From Deferribacterales bacterium (GTDB taxonomy: Bacteria; Chrysiogenota; Deferribacteres; Deferribacterales; Geovibrionaceae), in assembly GCA_050251945.1 (NCBI GenBank), contig JBFWLW010000003.1, positions 128,001 through 192,000 on the forward strand: a DNA stretch of 64,000 bases, given 5' to 3'. Made by a program: the position numbers and the translations under genes. Each line of letters begins with the position of its first letter. The first letter of the stretch is position 1. This document shows positions 1-9,995 of this stretch, in pieces. Under the pieces are notes generated by a model, which was not told the origin of the DNA, searched no databases, and saw nothing but the letters and a program-made list of their open reading frames with translations.

Positions 1-344
1 CATACGGACACGACACAGGCGACTACGTTCTTAAAACCGTTTCGGACTTAATGCGCACAAACCTGCGCCAGCAGGATGTTATTTCCCGTTGGGGCGGCGA
101 GGAATTTCTGATAATGCTCCCCCAGACCGAGCTTGAAAAGGCAGTTGCTGTTGCGGAAAAACTGCGCGAGGCTGTCAAAAGTGCAGTAATGTCTTTCGCA
201 GGTAATAATTTCAGCATAACAATGACTTTCGGGGTTTCCAGATTTGACAAGGGAAACGGCATCGAACACAGTATTAAAAAAGCAGACGACGCACTCTACA
301 CAGGCAAGCAGACCGGACGCAACAAAGTCGTTATGGCGGAATAG
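1..344 (+). CDS. Diguanylate cyclase, C-terminal GGDEF domain (5'-truncated by window edge)
   Basis: Frame is open from the window start: YGHDTGDYVLK...RQQDVISRWGGEEF...ADDALYTGKQTGRN. GGEEF and RxxD I-site are intact. Confidence 0.93.
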   Translation, partial: YGHDTGDYVLKTVSDLMRTNLRQQDVISRWGGEEFLIMLPQTELEKAVAVAEKLREAVKSAVMSFAGNNFSITMTFGVSRFDKGNGIEHSIKKADDALYTGKQTGRNKVVMAE

Positions 345-449
345 GTTTCTATGACAGAAGATAAGGCGCGACGAAAGTTATACAGAAAGGTTTTCGCACG
401 ATGAGGTGACGGCTATGATTCGCTCAATAGTCAGTAACGAACAGGATAC

Positions 450-487
450 CGTCTCTGCGAGGAAGCCGTGGCTGACGAAGCAGTCTC
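450..487 (+). repeat. CGTC-type REP-like unit (single, forward)
   Basis: cgtctctgcgaggaagccgtggctgacgaagcagtctc, near-identical to the right arm at ~30725-30762. Confidence 0.85.
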
Positions 488-501
488 AATCTTAACTTCA
501 C

Positions 502-535
502 TTGATAATTCTTTCGTCTCCTGATATTTTTCTTT
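502..535 (+). promoter_or_regulatory. Putative sigma70 promoter for the TPR gene (likely leaderless)
   Basis: TTGATA-N17-TATTTT with TGn extension, ending 5 nt before ATG 536; no SD. Confidence 0.45.
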
Positions 536-1810
536 ATGCACAAAACGATACTTTTAATCACATTGCTTTTTGTCTGCTTCACTTCTGCACATTCTCTCAC
601 AGATATTGAAAAGAAGTATTATGACAATATGGAAAAGCAAAACCAGAAACTCACCGAGCAGGTTGAATCACAACAAAAAGAAATAAACGATTTAAAACTA
701 AACCAGAACCGTCTGGAAAACTTAGTAATAAATGAACCTGCAAGACTGGATAAACGTATAGATGACGCAAAAGAAATATTCAGTATTAAACTGGACTTCG
801 CTACTTACATCATTGGAGCACTGGGTCTATTTATTACAGTATCAGGACTAATTTTTGGTTTCCTTGGTATCAATATAAATAAAACTAATAAAGCTATCGT
901 TTTCAAACAGAAAGAATACGACGAGAAGCTTAAAAAACTACATTCAAAAGCAGATGCAATCAACCAGCAGCTCGAAAATCATAAAGAAAAACTTCCCGCC
1001 GCAGATAAGGATATTAAATCATACACACCTGAAGATTTAGATAACCTTGAAGAATATGTACAACTTCTCAGAAGAGAAAAAGCAGAAAAAGATTACACTG
1101 CCGGAGAATGGTTCTATATTGGACTTCACTACCAGAATTGTAATAAATTTGAAGACGCCATTAAAGCATACGACGAAGCTATCAGGATTAACCCTAAAGC
1201 ACATGCAGTTTGGGGGAATAAAGGTATTGCACTGATAAGCAACAACAAATTTAAAGAAGCCATTGAAGCCTTTAATGAAGCACTCAATATTAAACCTAAT
1301 TTACCGGAACTCTTGAATAATAAAGGAGTTGCTTTTGAAAGACTCAATGAATTTGATAAAGCTATCAAGCTGTACGAAAAAGCGATTGGTATTAAATATG
1401 ATTATGTATATGCATGGTTTAACAAAGGAGATGCTCTTCAGAATTTAAAACGACACCATGATGCCATTAAAGCTTATGAAGAGGCTATAAAAATTAAGCC
1501 TGATTATCATGAAGCATGGAATGGGAAAGCATGGAATCTTATGCTTGATGGCAAATATCAGGAAGCTCTGGAAGCAGTTAACAAAGCAATTGAACTTAAA
1601 AATAATGAATACTCACAAGACACTAAGGCCGCGATATTAATGAAAATGGGACGGTTTGAAGAAGCGCTTGAGTATAGTAATAAAGCCATCGAACTAGTGC
1701 CGGAAGATACAAAAGATAAAGATGAAATTGAAAAAACACATAGGCAAATCCTCGAAGCGATAGCGGAAAGGGATAAAGCAAAAACAAACGAGGAAGAAAA
1801 AGACGCTTAG
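536..1810 (+). CDS. Membrane-anchored tetratricopeptide repeat protein
   Basis: Signal-peptide-like N-terminus, coiled coil, one TM helix (YIIGALGLFITVSGLIFGFLGI), then ~6 TPRs (AWFNKG/AWNGKA..A...Y..AI). Visibly AT-rich. Confidence 0.88.
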   Translation: MHKTILLITLLFVCFTSAHSLTDIEKKYYDNMEKQNQKLTEQVESQQKEINDLKLNQNRLENLVINEPARLDKRIDDAKEIFSIKLDFATYIIGALGLFITVSGLIFGFLGININKTNKAIVFKQKEYDEKLKKLHSKADAINQQLENHKEKLPAADKDIKSYTPEDLDNLEEYVQLLRREKAEKDYTAGEWFYIGLHYQNCNKFEDAIKAYDEAIRINPKAHAVWGNKGIALISNNKFKEAIEAFNEALNIKPNLPELLNNKGVAFERLNEFDKAIKLYEKAIGIKYDYVYAWFNKGDALQNLKRHHDAIKAYEEAIKIKPDYHEAWNGKAWNLMLDGKYQEALEAVNKAIELKNNEYSQDTKAAILMKMGRFEEALEYSNKAIELVPEDTKDKDEIEKTHRQILEAIAERDKAKTNEEEKDA

Positions 1811-1813
1811 CAA

Positions 1814-1872
1814 CAGACTGCTTCGCTTCGCTCGCAGAGACGGGGATTCGTCAATGCTTTACTTGCAATGAC
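1814..1872 (-). repeat. CGTC-type REP-like unit (reverse) plus degenerate second unit
   Basis: cagactgcttcgcttcgctcgcagagacg (1814-1842), then ...cttgcaatgac. Confidence 0.8.
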
Positions 1873-1896
1873 AAACAATATAAAAATCCACCCCGA

Positions 1897-1917
1897 CCCT
1901 CCTTTGCCAAAGGAGGG
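1897..1917. terminator. Perfect hairpin between convergent genes (possible bidirectional terminator or second repeat type)
   Basis: ccctccttt-gcc-aaaggaggg, 9-bp stem, no clear U-tract. Confidence 0.4.
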
Positions 1918-1925
1918 AGGAAGCC

Positions 1926-2459
1926 TTAAAGTTTACCTTTCAGAAATTCGTAGACCTCTTCGACACTTGAAAAGATTTCGTCCGCCTCTTCCGGTTTTGC
2001 ATCGGCATACTGACCGGCGACGATGATATTAAGCCCCACGCCAGCGGATTTGCCCGCCTGCATATCGGAGACCTTGTCACCCACCATTACGGATTTTGAA
2101 GCGTCTATGTCGTACATTGTCATTGCCATAAGCAACATACCGGGATTCGGTTTGCGGCATCCGCACTCGCCTGTAAAATCGGGATGGTGCGGGCAATAAA
2201 AGAAATCAGTCAGCTCAACGCCGCGCATCTCAAACTGCACCCTCATCCACGCATGCAGAACCTGAACGTCCTCCTCCGTATAGAAGCCTCTGTCCACCCC
2301 CGCCTGATTTGTGACCACAATTATCTTATAGCCTTTGAAATTTGCGAAAAGACACAGATCGAATATTCCGTCTATGAACTCGATATCCTCCGACCTGTAA
2401 AGGTACCCTTTATCGACATTGATTATGCCGTCTCTGTCCAGAAAAAGCGCCTTCTCCAT
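1926..2459 (-). CDS. gmhB: D-glycero-D-manno-heptose 1,7-bisphosphate phosphatase
   Basis: HAD motif FLDRDGIIN, VTNQAG, CPHHP..CGCRKP, VGDK.SD. Confidence 0.92.
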   Translation of the reverse strand: MEKALFLDRDGIINVDKGYLYRSEDIEFIDGIFDLCLFANFKGYKIIVVTNQAGVDRGFYTEEDVQVLHAWMRVQFEMRGVELTDFFYCPHHPDFTGECGCRKPNPGMLLMAMTMYDIDASKSVMVGDKVSDMQAGKSAGVGLNIIVAGQYADAKPEEADEIFSSVEEVYEFLKGKL

Positions 2460-2530
2460 ACCATCCCCGCGTGTTTTTTCATAAATATCAATGTAGCATA
2501 ATTTTTAAATGTACACTATAATTGTCTACT

Positions 2531-3319
2531 ATGTCAGCAGTAATCACATTTGCAAATAAAAAAGGCGGCAGCGGAAAAACCTCCACAGTGGTCAACACGG
2601 CGGGGGTGCTTGGAAGCCGCGGGTATCGGGTGCTGACCGTAGACCTCGATCCGCAGGCGCACCTCTCTTTCTGGTCGGGTGTCAACACTTATGACACCTA
2701 CCTGAGCATCTATGACGCACTGCTGGGCAAATGCAGCGGAAAAGACGCTCTGTTCCGCACAGAACACGGTCTTTACGATGTTCTGCCAGCATCCACAGCC
2801 TTTTCATCCTCTTTCATCAAACAGCTTCTGGACGGATCGAACCCGGAAGGTCAGCTTAAGAAAGTTTTACTTGATTTTAAAAACGATTACGACTGCATAC
2901 TCATAGACACACCGCCAACTGTTGCGGCGCTGACGCTGAACGCTCTGGCGGCGGCAGAATCGGTCTTCATCCCGATACTGCTCAATTTCCTCGCGATCGA
3001 AGGGCTGGCTCAGCTCACCCAGACGATTTACCGCATAAACGCAGCGTTTAATCCTTCCTTGCGCATGTGCGGCATCATCCCGAACCAGTACGATATCAGA
3101 AGCAACCACTCCAAACGTGTGATGAAAGAAATCAATGAGAACTTCGGCGAACCGATGATTTCACCCCGTATACGCAACGATATCAGGATAGCCGAGGCAC
3201 CGGAATACAGAATTCCCATAAATTTATTCGCTCCGCACAGCAGAGGGTGTATGGATTTCAATCTTTTAGCCGATTTTATACTGGAAAAAGTACCTATCGC
3301 TAAAGGAGCGTCCAAATGA
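2531..3319 (+). CDS. ParA/Soj family ATPase (orphan, heads the chemotaxis operon)
   Basis: Deviant Walker A KKGGSGKTS, VDLDPQAH, ILIDTPP. ATG 2531 preferred over TTG 2522. Confidence 0.9.
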   Translation: MSAVITFANKKGGSGKTSTVVNTAGVLGSRGYRVLTVDLDPQAHLSFWSGVNTYDTYLSIYDALLGKCSGKDALFRTEHGLYDVLPASTAFSSSFIKQLLDGSNPEGQLKKVLLDFKNDYDCILIDTPPTVAALTLNALAAAESVFIPILLNFLAIEGLAQLTQTIYRINAAFNPSLRMCGIIPNQYDIRSNHSKRVMKEINENFGEPMISPRIRNDIRIAEAPEYRIPINLFAPHSRGCMDFNLLADFILEKVPIAKGASK

Positions 3320-4815
3320 GCAGATATCCCGTCGGAATAGATTTCGGCACGACAAACTCCATGATAGCAATATTTAAAGAAAAGGGAAACATAGAGGTCA
3401 TTTCATCCGACAGCGGGAAACGATTCCTACCGTCTGTAATATATTTCAAAAACGGAAAAGAAGCGGTTACGGGCGACAACGCCCGCAGTATGCAGATGCT
3501 GGAATCGGAAAACACCATCTCCAATGTCAAAAGATACATGGGTTCCGACAAAAAATTCTCAATATACGGCAAAAACTTCACCGCAGTGGAACTTGCCGCG
3601 CTGTTCTTTAAAAAGCTCAAAAACCTGCACAAAGACTACACAGGCGACGACACGGCGGAAGCTGTTATAACAGTTCCGGCATATTTCGATCATCTCCAGC
3701 GGGAAGCTGTGCGGGCGGCGGCGCAAACGGCGGGTTTCGAGGTTATTGCACTTCTGAACGAACCCACTGCCGCAGCGATATACTACAACAACATAGGCAA
3801 GAAAGAAAACGAGCTTTGCCTTGTTTTCGACCTTGGCGGCGGCACGCTGGACATCAGCCTTATCGAGCTGAACAAAGACTGTCTCAAGGTTAAAGCCACA
3901 GGCGGCTCCACGCAGATAGGCGGTGTGGATTTTGACGCCGCAGTTGCGGACTATCTCAACGAGGAGTTCCGCAAACTCCACGGAATAGACCTGAAAACCG
4001 ACCCCATAGCCTATCAGCAGTTGCTTTTTCAGGCGGAAAAAGCAAAGATGGAACTTTCCAGCCTGAATGAAACCAACCTTGTGATACCGTACATAACGAT
4101 AACCCCCAAAGGACCTCTGCATTTTAAGATGGAGCTGAACAAACAGCTCTTCGGTAAGATAACCGAACCAATCATTCAGGGTATCCGCGAGATAACCGAA
4201 GGGCTTCTTAAAGAGAACAATATAAAGCCAGAGGACATAAGCCGCGTGCTTCCTGTCGGCGGCGCAAGCAGGATATGCAACGTGCGCGCCTTCATTGAAG
4301 GGATGTTCGGCGCATCCGTCAGCAAAGACCTGAATCCGGAAGAGGCTGTGGTCTGCGGAGCGGCTACGAATGCCGCAATGCGTCTGGGGCTTCTGGGCGA
4401 CAGAACATTCTTTGACGTGACAAGCCACAATATGGGTCTTGAAGACGACAACGGAATGTTTGAGATTATCATGCAGAAGAACGAACCCTACCCTGTGTCA
4501 TTCACACAGCGATTCACAACAGCCAGCGAAGACATAAACGATATAACGGTTCATGTTCTGCAGGATACCGCTCATTCCAGTCTTAACGTTTCCGACAGTC
4601 CGGAAGACAATCCGGAATATTTCATTAGCCTTGCAAAATTCGATTTTACAGTGGAAAATAGCGAAGAAGAAAAGTTAATTGATATCTGTTTCATCATCGA
4701 CGACAGCGGCATCGTAACCATCACTGCAAAAGATGTTAATTCTGGTAGGGAAACCGATTTCACGCTGAAAGCGTCTTTCGATTCTGATAAGATTAGTGAT
4801 ATTAAAATATATTAG
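3316..4815 (+). CDS. Hsp70 (DnaK-like) family protein, C-terminally short (no lid domain)
   Basis: GIDFGTTNS, VITVPAYF, NEPTAAA, FDLGGGTLDIS, VGGASR, NPEEAV; 499 aa. ATGA overlap with parA. Confidence 0.9.
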   Translation: MSRYPVGIDFGTTNSMIAIFKEKGNIEVISSDSGKRFLPSVIYFKNGKEAVTGDNARSMQMLESENTISNVKRYMGSDKKFSIYGKNFTAVELAALFFKKLKNLHKDYTGDDTAEAVITVPAYFDHLQREAVRAAAQTAGFEVIALLNEPTAAAIYYNNIGKKENELCLVFDLGGGTLDISLIELNKDCLKVKATGGSTQIGGVDFDAAVADYLNEEFRKLHGIDLKTDPIAYQQLLFQAEKAKMELSSLNETNLVIPYITITPKGPLHFKMELNKQLFGKITEPIIQGIREITEGLLKENNIKPEDISRVLPVGGASRICNVRAFIEGMFGASVSKDLNPEEAVVCGAATNAAMRLGLLGDRTFFDVTSHNMGLEDDNGMFEIIMQKNEPYPVSFTQRFTTASEDINDITVHVLQDTAHSSLNVSDSPEDNPEYFISLAKFDFTVENSEEEKLIDICFIIDDSGIVTITAKDVNSGRETDFTLKASFDSDKISDIKIY

Positions 4816-4836
4816 GTTCATTTGGAGGTATAGATT

Positions 4837-7077
4837 ATGAAAAAGCTGGCGAAACCCACCAGCCTTGCGGGAAGGACGGGTATTTTAAAGAAGGATGCAG
4901 ATTCTGCGGCAGCGTCACGGGAGGAATCCAAAAAAATGGCTGTTGAAAAAGCAAGAGCAAGAACTCTGGCAAAACAACAGTCAAATGCGGAGCGACTCGC
5001 CACCGCATCCGAAGAGATGGCATCCGCCATTGAACAGGCTTCAAGCGCTGCAAACCAGCTTAACGCCTCCATGGAACAGGTAACAATAGCCTCCGCACAG
5101 GCAAGCAGAAGCGCGGAAGGTATCAAAAACGACACAACCGCTCTTGAAACAGACGCAAAGAACGTACTCTCCACAACCATAGAATATGAATCCTCCACGG
5201 CAGAACTCATTAAAAAAGTCAAATCCACAGTAACTGCCGCAAATGAACTCAAAGACTCCGTTAGAGACGCAACAGAAAAAGTTGAGGAATCAACACAGCT
5301 TGTTGACCAGCTTAAGGAAAAGGCGGACTCCATAGGACAAATAGTTCAGGTTGTTACAAAAATTGCCGACCAGACGAACCTTCTGGCGCTCAACGCCGCC
5401 ATTGAAGCGGCAAGAGCCGGAGAACACGGAAAAGGATTTGCCGTTGTGGCGGACGAAGTGCGCACACTGGCGGAAGTATCCGAAAAATCAGCAAAAAATA
5501 TTAAAAACGTTATAGATCAGTCGCTCACTCAGGTTCAGCACGTTGTCAGCAAGGTTGACAGCTTCCTGATCCTCTCCAGAACGAACCTTTACAAAGCGGA
5601 TTTCATCTCCAAACATTGCGGATATGTCGGCAGTCACACGGATGAAATAGGCATTGAGGTCGGAAAGATAAAAAACGGCGCTGTTTCCGTCAGCGAGGAA
5701 TCCTCCCGCGCAATGGATCTTGTGAACAGGCTTGCGTCCTCCGCAGAACAGAACGCGGCTGCGGCGGAAGAGGTGGGCAAGTTCACCGAAGAACAGACAA
5801 AAGCGTTCAGCGAATTGACCATCGCATCTCAGGAACTCGCGGAAATGGCGGACGACCTTAAACAGTCAACCGACATCGCGAAATCCTCCGAAGAGGTTGC
5901 GGCGGCGGCGGAAGAGCTTTCTTCCACAATCGAAGAACTTGACGCATCCGCAGACGAGGTTCTTAAAGCCATCGACCAGATGGACACCGGAACAACCGAA
6001 ATATTCACAGAAATAACCGGCATCACCAAAGAATTTGACAAGATAAACACTCACATAAACAACGTTAAAAACAGCTGGCACGTTATGGCCGATCACGGAA
6101 AGCTGGTTGACAACGCACTCGACGAAATAAAAGCGCTGGATCACCTTGTGTTCATCGACCAGCTTGAAGATGCGATGAACAACAACCATGAATTCCACGG
6201 ACAGCTCGACCCCACAAAATGTGCGTTCGGCGCATGGTATCTCACATATAAACCCGACGCGGGCAAAGAGGAAAAGGCGTTTGACTGTATACGCGAACCT
6301 CACAACCACGTTCACCTGGGCGCAGGCGAGATAGTGAACCTTATGAAAGACGGCAAAATTCAGGAAGCCAGACGCATTTTTGACGAAAAGGTGAGACCTG
6401 CTGTCGGTGAATTCAAAACTCAGTTCAAAGACTTCAAACACGGCATAGAGCTTATCATCAAAGGTTTCGTTGCATCCATCAACAACCTGAAAGACGTGCA
6501 CGATGAAGTGACCGTGCTGAACAAATCCTTCGGCAATATCAAAAAGATCGTAGACACCATCAACAACGTCGCCATCCAGACAAATATGCTTGCAGTTAAC
6601 GGTAATATAGAAGCAGCACGTTCAGGTGAATACGGAAGAGGATTTTCAGTTGTTGCCGCAGACATCCGCGCACTGGCAAACGAATCCGCAGACAACGCTG
6701 ACAAAATGAAAGACATCCTCGACGAGATGTACGATCAGGTCATCAACTTCCAGAACGAACTGGCAGAGATTACCTCTCTCATCCGCGTACAGATAACAAA
6801 ATCACAGTACGCGGTGGACAACCTCACGGAAGTTGGAGTGATACGCAAACATCTCATTGAACTTTATAAAACATGTTCAGGACACGTCGACGCTGCAGAA
6901 TCCAGAGTTGATCAGGTCAACGGAGCATGTGAAGAGGGCAGAGAGGCGGCAGAAAACCTTAAGGCTCTCTCCGAAGAGGCTAAAAACGCCGCAGACGAGC
7001 AGGTCAAAGGTCTTCGCGAAATAGCGGCGGCAGCAGAAGAGGTTGCATCTCTCGCAGACGAAATGCAGACATTCTGA
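4837..7077 (+). CDS. Soluble methyl-accepting chemotaxis protein with two signalling domains and an internal CZB domain
   Basis: Two tips ([62 protein letters not shown]); DH...KCAFGAWY...PHNHVH; no TM helix; SD GGAGG. Confidence 0.92.
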   Translation: MKKLAKPTSLAGRTGILKKDADSAAASREESKKMAVEKARARTLAKQQSNAERLATASEEMASAIEQASSAANQLNASMEQVTIASAQASRSAEGIKNDTTALETDAKNVLSTTIEYESSTAELIKKVKSTVTAANELKDSVRDATEKVEESTQLVDQLKEKADSIGQIVQVVTKIADQTNLLALNAAIEAARAGEHGKGFAVVADEVRTLAEVSEKSAKNIKNVIDQSLTQVQHVVSKVDSFLILSRTNLYKADFISKHCGYVGSHTDEIGIEVGKIKNGAVSVSEESSRAMDLVNRLASSAEQNAAAAEEVGKFTEEQTKAFSELTIASQELAEMADDLKQSTDIAKSSEEVAAAAEELSSTIEELDASADEVLKAIDQMDTGTTEIFTEITGITKEFDKINTHINNVKNSWHVMADHGKLVDNALDEIKALDHLVFIDQLEDAMNNNHEFHGQLDPTKCAFGAWYLTYKPDAGKEEKAFDCIREPHNHVHLGAGEIVNLMKDGKIQEARRIFDEKVRPAVGEFKTQFKDFKHGIELIIKGFVASINNLKDVHDEVTVLNKSFGNIKKIVDTINNVAIQTNMLAVNGNIEAARSGEYGRGFSVVAADIRALANESADNADKMKDILDEMYDQVINFQNELAEITSLIRVQITKSQYAVDNLTEVGVIRKHLIELYKTCSGHVDAAESRVDQVNGACEEGREAAENLKALSEEAKNAADEQVKGLREIAAAAEEVASLADEMQTF

Positions 7078-7115
7078 TAATGCTCCTTGCAGCATACTGA
7101 CAGAGGAGAGATTAA

Positions 7116-8627
7116 ATGTCATCAGCAGTTGAAAGTCAGCAGGACAGCATATATGTGTCGTTCCGCCTCGGTCAGGAGACATACGGCATAGGGATCGACG
7201 ATGTTAAGCAGATAATCCGTCTGCCGCACATCACCCGTGTACCGAAAATGCCTCCCCACGTTCTGGGCATGACAAACCTCAGAGGTGAGGTAATGCCGCT
7301 CACGGATCTTTCGCTTCGCCTCGGATATCAGAAACCATGTGAAAACACGGACGATACACGCGTTATAGTGGTGGAAAAAGAGGGAACGCTCAACGGCTTC
7401 GTTGTTGAATCCGTAAGCGAGGTGAAATCCACAGAGGTACACCAGCTCGACGCTTTTCCCGAAATGCTGAACGCCGACGTAGACAAAAGATATATTAACG
7501 GCATAATGAAGGTGAATCAGGGCGGCAGTATTATGCTCGTCCAGATACTCAACACCGACGAAGTGATAGATATCACTGTGCTGAAAGCGCAGATAGAGAA
7601 ACAGGGATTCCGCAAAACCGCGGCAGCAAAAGCGGAAGAGGCGGCGGCGGCGAACCTGCACGAAAAGCGCTTCATCAGCTTTAACATAGGCAAACAGGAA
7701 TATGCAGTGGAGATACACCGCATAAACGAGATAATCTGGATGCCCGAAGTGACAGCAATTCCCGGACTGCCGGGATATGTTCTCGGTATTTTTTCGCTGC
7801 GCGGAAAAGTGATACCGCTCATCTCACTCCATGACAAATTCGGAAGAAAAAACAGTGTTATCAATGAAAACAGCAGAGTTATCATCGTTGACATTAACGA
7901 CGTGCTGGTAGCTTTTGCCGCAGACAAGGTAAACGCCGTATTAAGCGTTGAAGAGAATCTCATTGAGGAACCTCCGAAAGCTTTTGCAGAAGAAGACAGC
8001 GAAATATCCGCCGTGCTCAAGCTTGAAAAGGGCGAAAGACTGGTTATGGCTCTTGAGCCGAGAAACATCATGAACAAATCGGAACTGGAGGCACTTTCAA
8101 GGGTTGCCGATCAGTCCGCAGGGGATCTGACCATGACTGACCTTAACTCCCATTCAAAAGACGATGAAAAGCAGATAGTCACCTTTGAAATAGAAAACGA
8201 ACAGTACGGCATCCTTATTGAAAAGGTTCAGGAGATAAACCGCTACACCAACGTCACAAAAGTGCCGAAAACCCCTAAGTTTGTGGAAGGCATCATAAAT
8301 CTCAGGGGAGAGGTCATCCCGCTTATCGACCTGCGTACACGTTTTGACCTGAAAGCCAAGGAACGGGACGAATTTACCCGTGTTATCATCATTAATCTGA
8401 AAAAAATGAAGGTCGGCTTCGTCGTTGACGGAGTTGACGAGGTTCTGCGTATCAAAAACGAAGACATTGACGCAGTTCCGCCTGTTCTTTCCGCAACCGT
8501 AAGCTCGGAATTCATCGGGGGAGTCGTGAACATGGTCAGCAAACAGAAGATGATCCTTCTGCTCAACATTGAAGAACTGTTCTCGCAATCAGAAATGAGC
8601 AAACTGGAGAAAATGAAGCAGGAATGA
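7116..8627 (+). CDS. cheW: Chemotaxis adaptor with three tandem CheW domains
   Basis: Three repeats of F....YGI.I..V.EI....T.VP....V.G..NLRG.V.P. Confidence 0.92.
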   Translation: MSSAVESQQDSIYVSFRLGQETYGIGIDDVKQIIRLPHITRVPKMPPHVLGMTNLRGEVMPLTDLSLRLGYQKPCENTDDTRVIVVEKEGTLNGFVVESVSEVKSTEVHQLDAFPEMLNADVDKRYINGIMKVNQGGSIMLVQILNTDEVIDITVLKAQIEKQGFRKTAAAKAEEAAAANLHEKRFISFNIGKQEYAVEIHRINEIIWMPEVTAIPGLPGYVLGIFSLRGKVIPLISLHDKFGRKNSVINENSRVIIVDINDVLVAFAADKVNAVLSVEENLIEEPPKAFAEEDSEISAVLKLEKGERLVMALEPRNIMNKSELEALSRVADQSAGDLTMTDLNSHSKDDEKQIVTFEIENEQYGILIEKVQEINRYTNVTKVPKTPKFVEGIINLRGEVIPLIDLRTRFDLKAKERDEFTRVIIINLKKMKVGFVVDGVDEVLRIKNEDIDAVPPVLSATVSSEFIGGVVNMVSKQKMILLLNIEELFSQSEMSKLEKMKQE

Positions 8628-9697
8628 AAAAAGTAAGGGTACTGGTTGTCGACGATTCCGCATTAATGCGGAAGAAAATAAAAGAGATGCTGGACGATTC
8701 GTTCGGCATAGAGGTCGTCGATACGGCAAGAAACGGAGAGGACGGGGTTGCAAAGGCAATGGCGCTTAAGCCGGATGTCATAACCCTTGACGTGAACATG
8801 CCGGTGATGGACGGGCTGACAGCCCTTAAGATCATCACCGATAATAATATATGCCCTGTAATAATGCTCAGCTCGCTGACGCAGGAGGGCGCTACAACAA
8901 CCTTTCAGGCGCTGGAACTTGGCGCTTTCGACTTTGTGGCGAAACCCAGCGGAACAGTTTCCCGCGATATTGAGATGGTTAAAAGGGAACTGGCGGCAAA
9001 AGTTAAGGCGGCGGCAGGCATGGGCCTGTCGAAGCTAACCAGAAAAATAGCCGTTCCCAGATTTGAAAAACACGAAACAGAAGAACCTGAATACACGGCT
9101 TCGCGCGCGGCAAACGGCGATTTTAAAGCCGTCTGCATAGGGATTTCCACTGGCGGGCCGAAAACCATATTCGACGTCCTTCCGCATATCCCGCATGATC
9201 TGAACGCGGCGATATTTATGGTTCAGCATATGCCTGTGGGCTTTACTGAGGCTTATGCGAGAAGACTTAACGATTCCTGCCGCGTAACCGTTAAAGAGGT
9301 TGCGCCCGGAGACATAGTCACCCCGGGGATATGCTATGTTGGCAAGGCAGGCAACCATATGACGCTTTACAAAAAGATGAACGGCGAAATTACTGTTCGA
9401 CTGGGAAAAACACCGGATCATGCGTTTATCCCCAGTGTCGATATAATGATGGAATCCGTTTCCGGCATTTTCGGCGATAAGACACTGGGCGTTCTCATGA
9501 CGGGCATGGGTAACGACGGCGCCGCATCCATGTGCAGAATTAAGCAGGCAGGCGGGTTCACCATAGCAGAATCCGAAGAGACGGCAGTTGTGTACGGAAT
9601 GCCGAAAGAAGCGGTGCTTAAAGGCTGTGCGGACATAGTTCTGCCAAGCTATAAAATAGCCGCGGAGATATGCAGAAAAGTGGAAAGAGGTTGGTGA
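8624..9697 (+). CDS. cheB: Chemotaxis response regulator protein-glutamate methylesterase
   Basis: REC domain plus GISTGGP, VQHMP, LMTGMGNDGA, VYGMP. Confidence 0.96.
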   Translation: MKKVRVLVVDDSALMRKKIKEMLDDSFGIEVVDTARNGEDGVAKAMALKPDVITLDVNMPVMDGLTALKIITDNNICPVIMLSSLTQEGATTTFQALELGAFDFVAKPSGTVSRDIEMVKRELAAKVKAAAGMGLSKLTRKIAVPRFEKHETEEPEYTASRAANGDFKAVCIGISTGGPKTIFDVLPHIPHDLNAAIFMVQHMPVGFTEAYARRLNDSCRVTVKEVAPGDIVTPGICYVGKAGNHMTLYKKMNGEITVRLGKTPDHAFIPSVDIMMESVSGIFGDKTLGVLMTGMGNDGAASMCRIKQAGGFTIAESEETAVVYGMPKEAVLKGCADIVLPSYKIAAEICRKVERGW

Positions 9698-9698
9698 T

Positions 9699-9995
9699 AT
9701 GGAAATTAAGGAACTTAAAACCAAGATTAAGGTCACTTTCCCGGACGAATCCGAAATATTCATGGCAGAGGAGTTTCTGTCGCTTTTCGGCGAAATATCA
9801 TTCGGCGGAAAAGAGCTTGAGGCCGATATGACAAAGGTTTCCTCCATGGACACCGTGTTTCTGCAAATAACTCTTTCACTGTTTAAAACAGCGAAGGACG
9901 CAGGCTCAAAAATAACTCTTAAATCATGTGAGTCTTTTGATAAATTAATCAGTCTGTACGGATTGCAGATACAAGATGCAATCGGAGGGAATTAA
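9699..9995 (+). CDS. STAS-domain (anti-anti-sigma-like) protein
   Basis: 98 aa with ADMTKVSSMDTVFLQ, resembling the STAS D...V..MDS motif; operonic position. Confidence 0.7.
   Translation: MEIKELKTKIKVTFPDESEIFMAEEFLSLFGEISFGGKELEADMTKVSSMDTVFLQITLSLFKTAKDAGSKITLKSCESFDKLISLYGLQIQDAIGGN

Noticed and set aside
345..449. Intergenic stretch after the GGDEF gene with weak pairing (gcgacgaaa...ttttcgc)
   Set aside because: No convincing stem, riboswitch motif or second copy in the window.
4760..4800. Sigma-28-like internal promoter before the MCP (gaaa...tctgataa)
   Set aside because: Spacing and match to TAAA-N15-GCCGATAA are poor.
3316..4815. Calling the Hsp70 gene dnaK or a pseudogene
   Set aside because: It is too short and divergent for the housekeeping dnaK and has no grpE/dnaJ context, yet the ORF is intact and coupled, so there is no evidence of decay.
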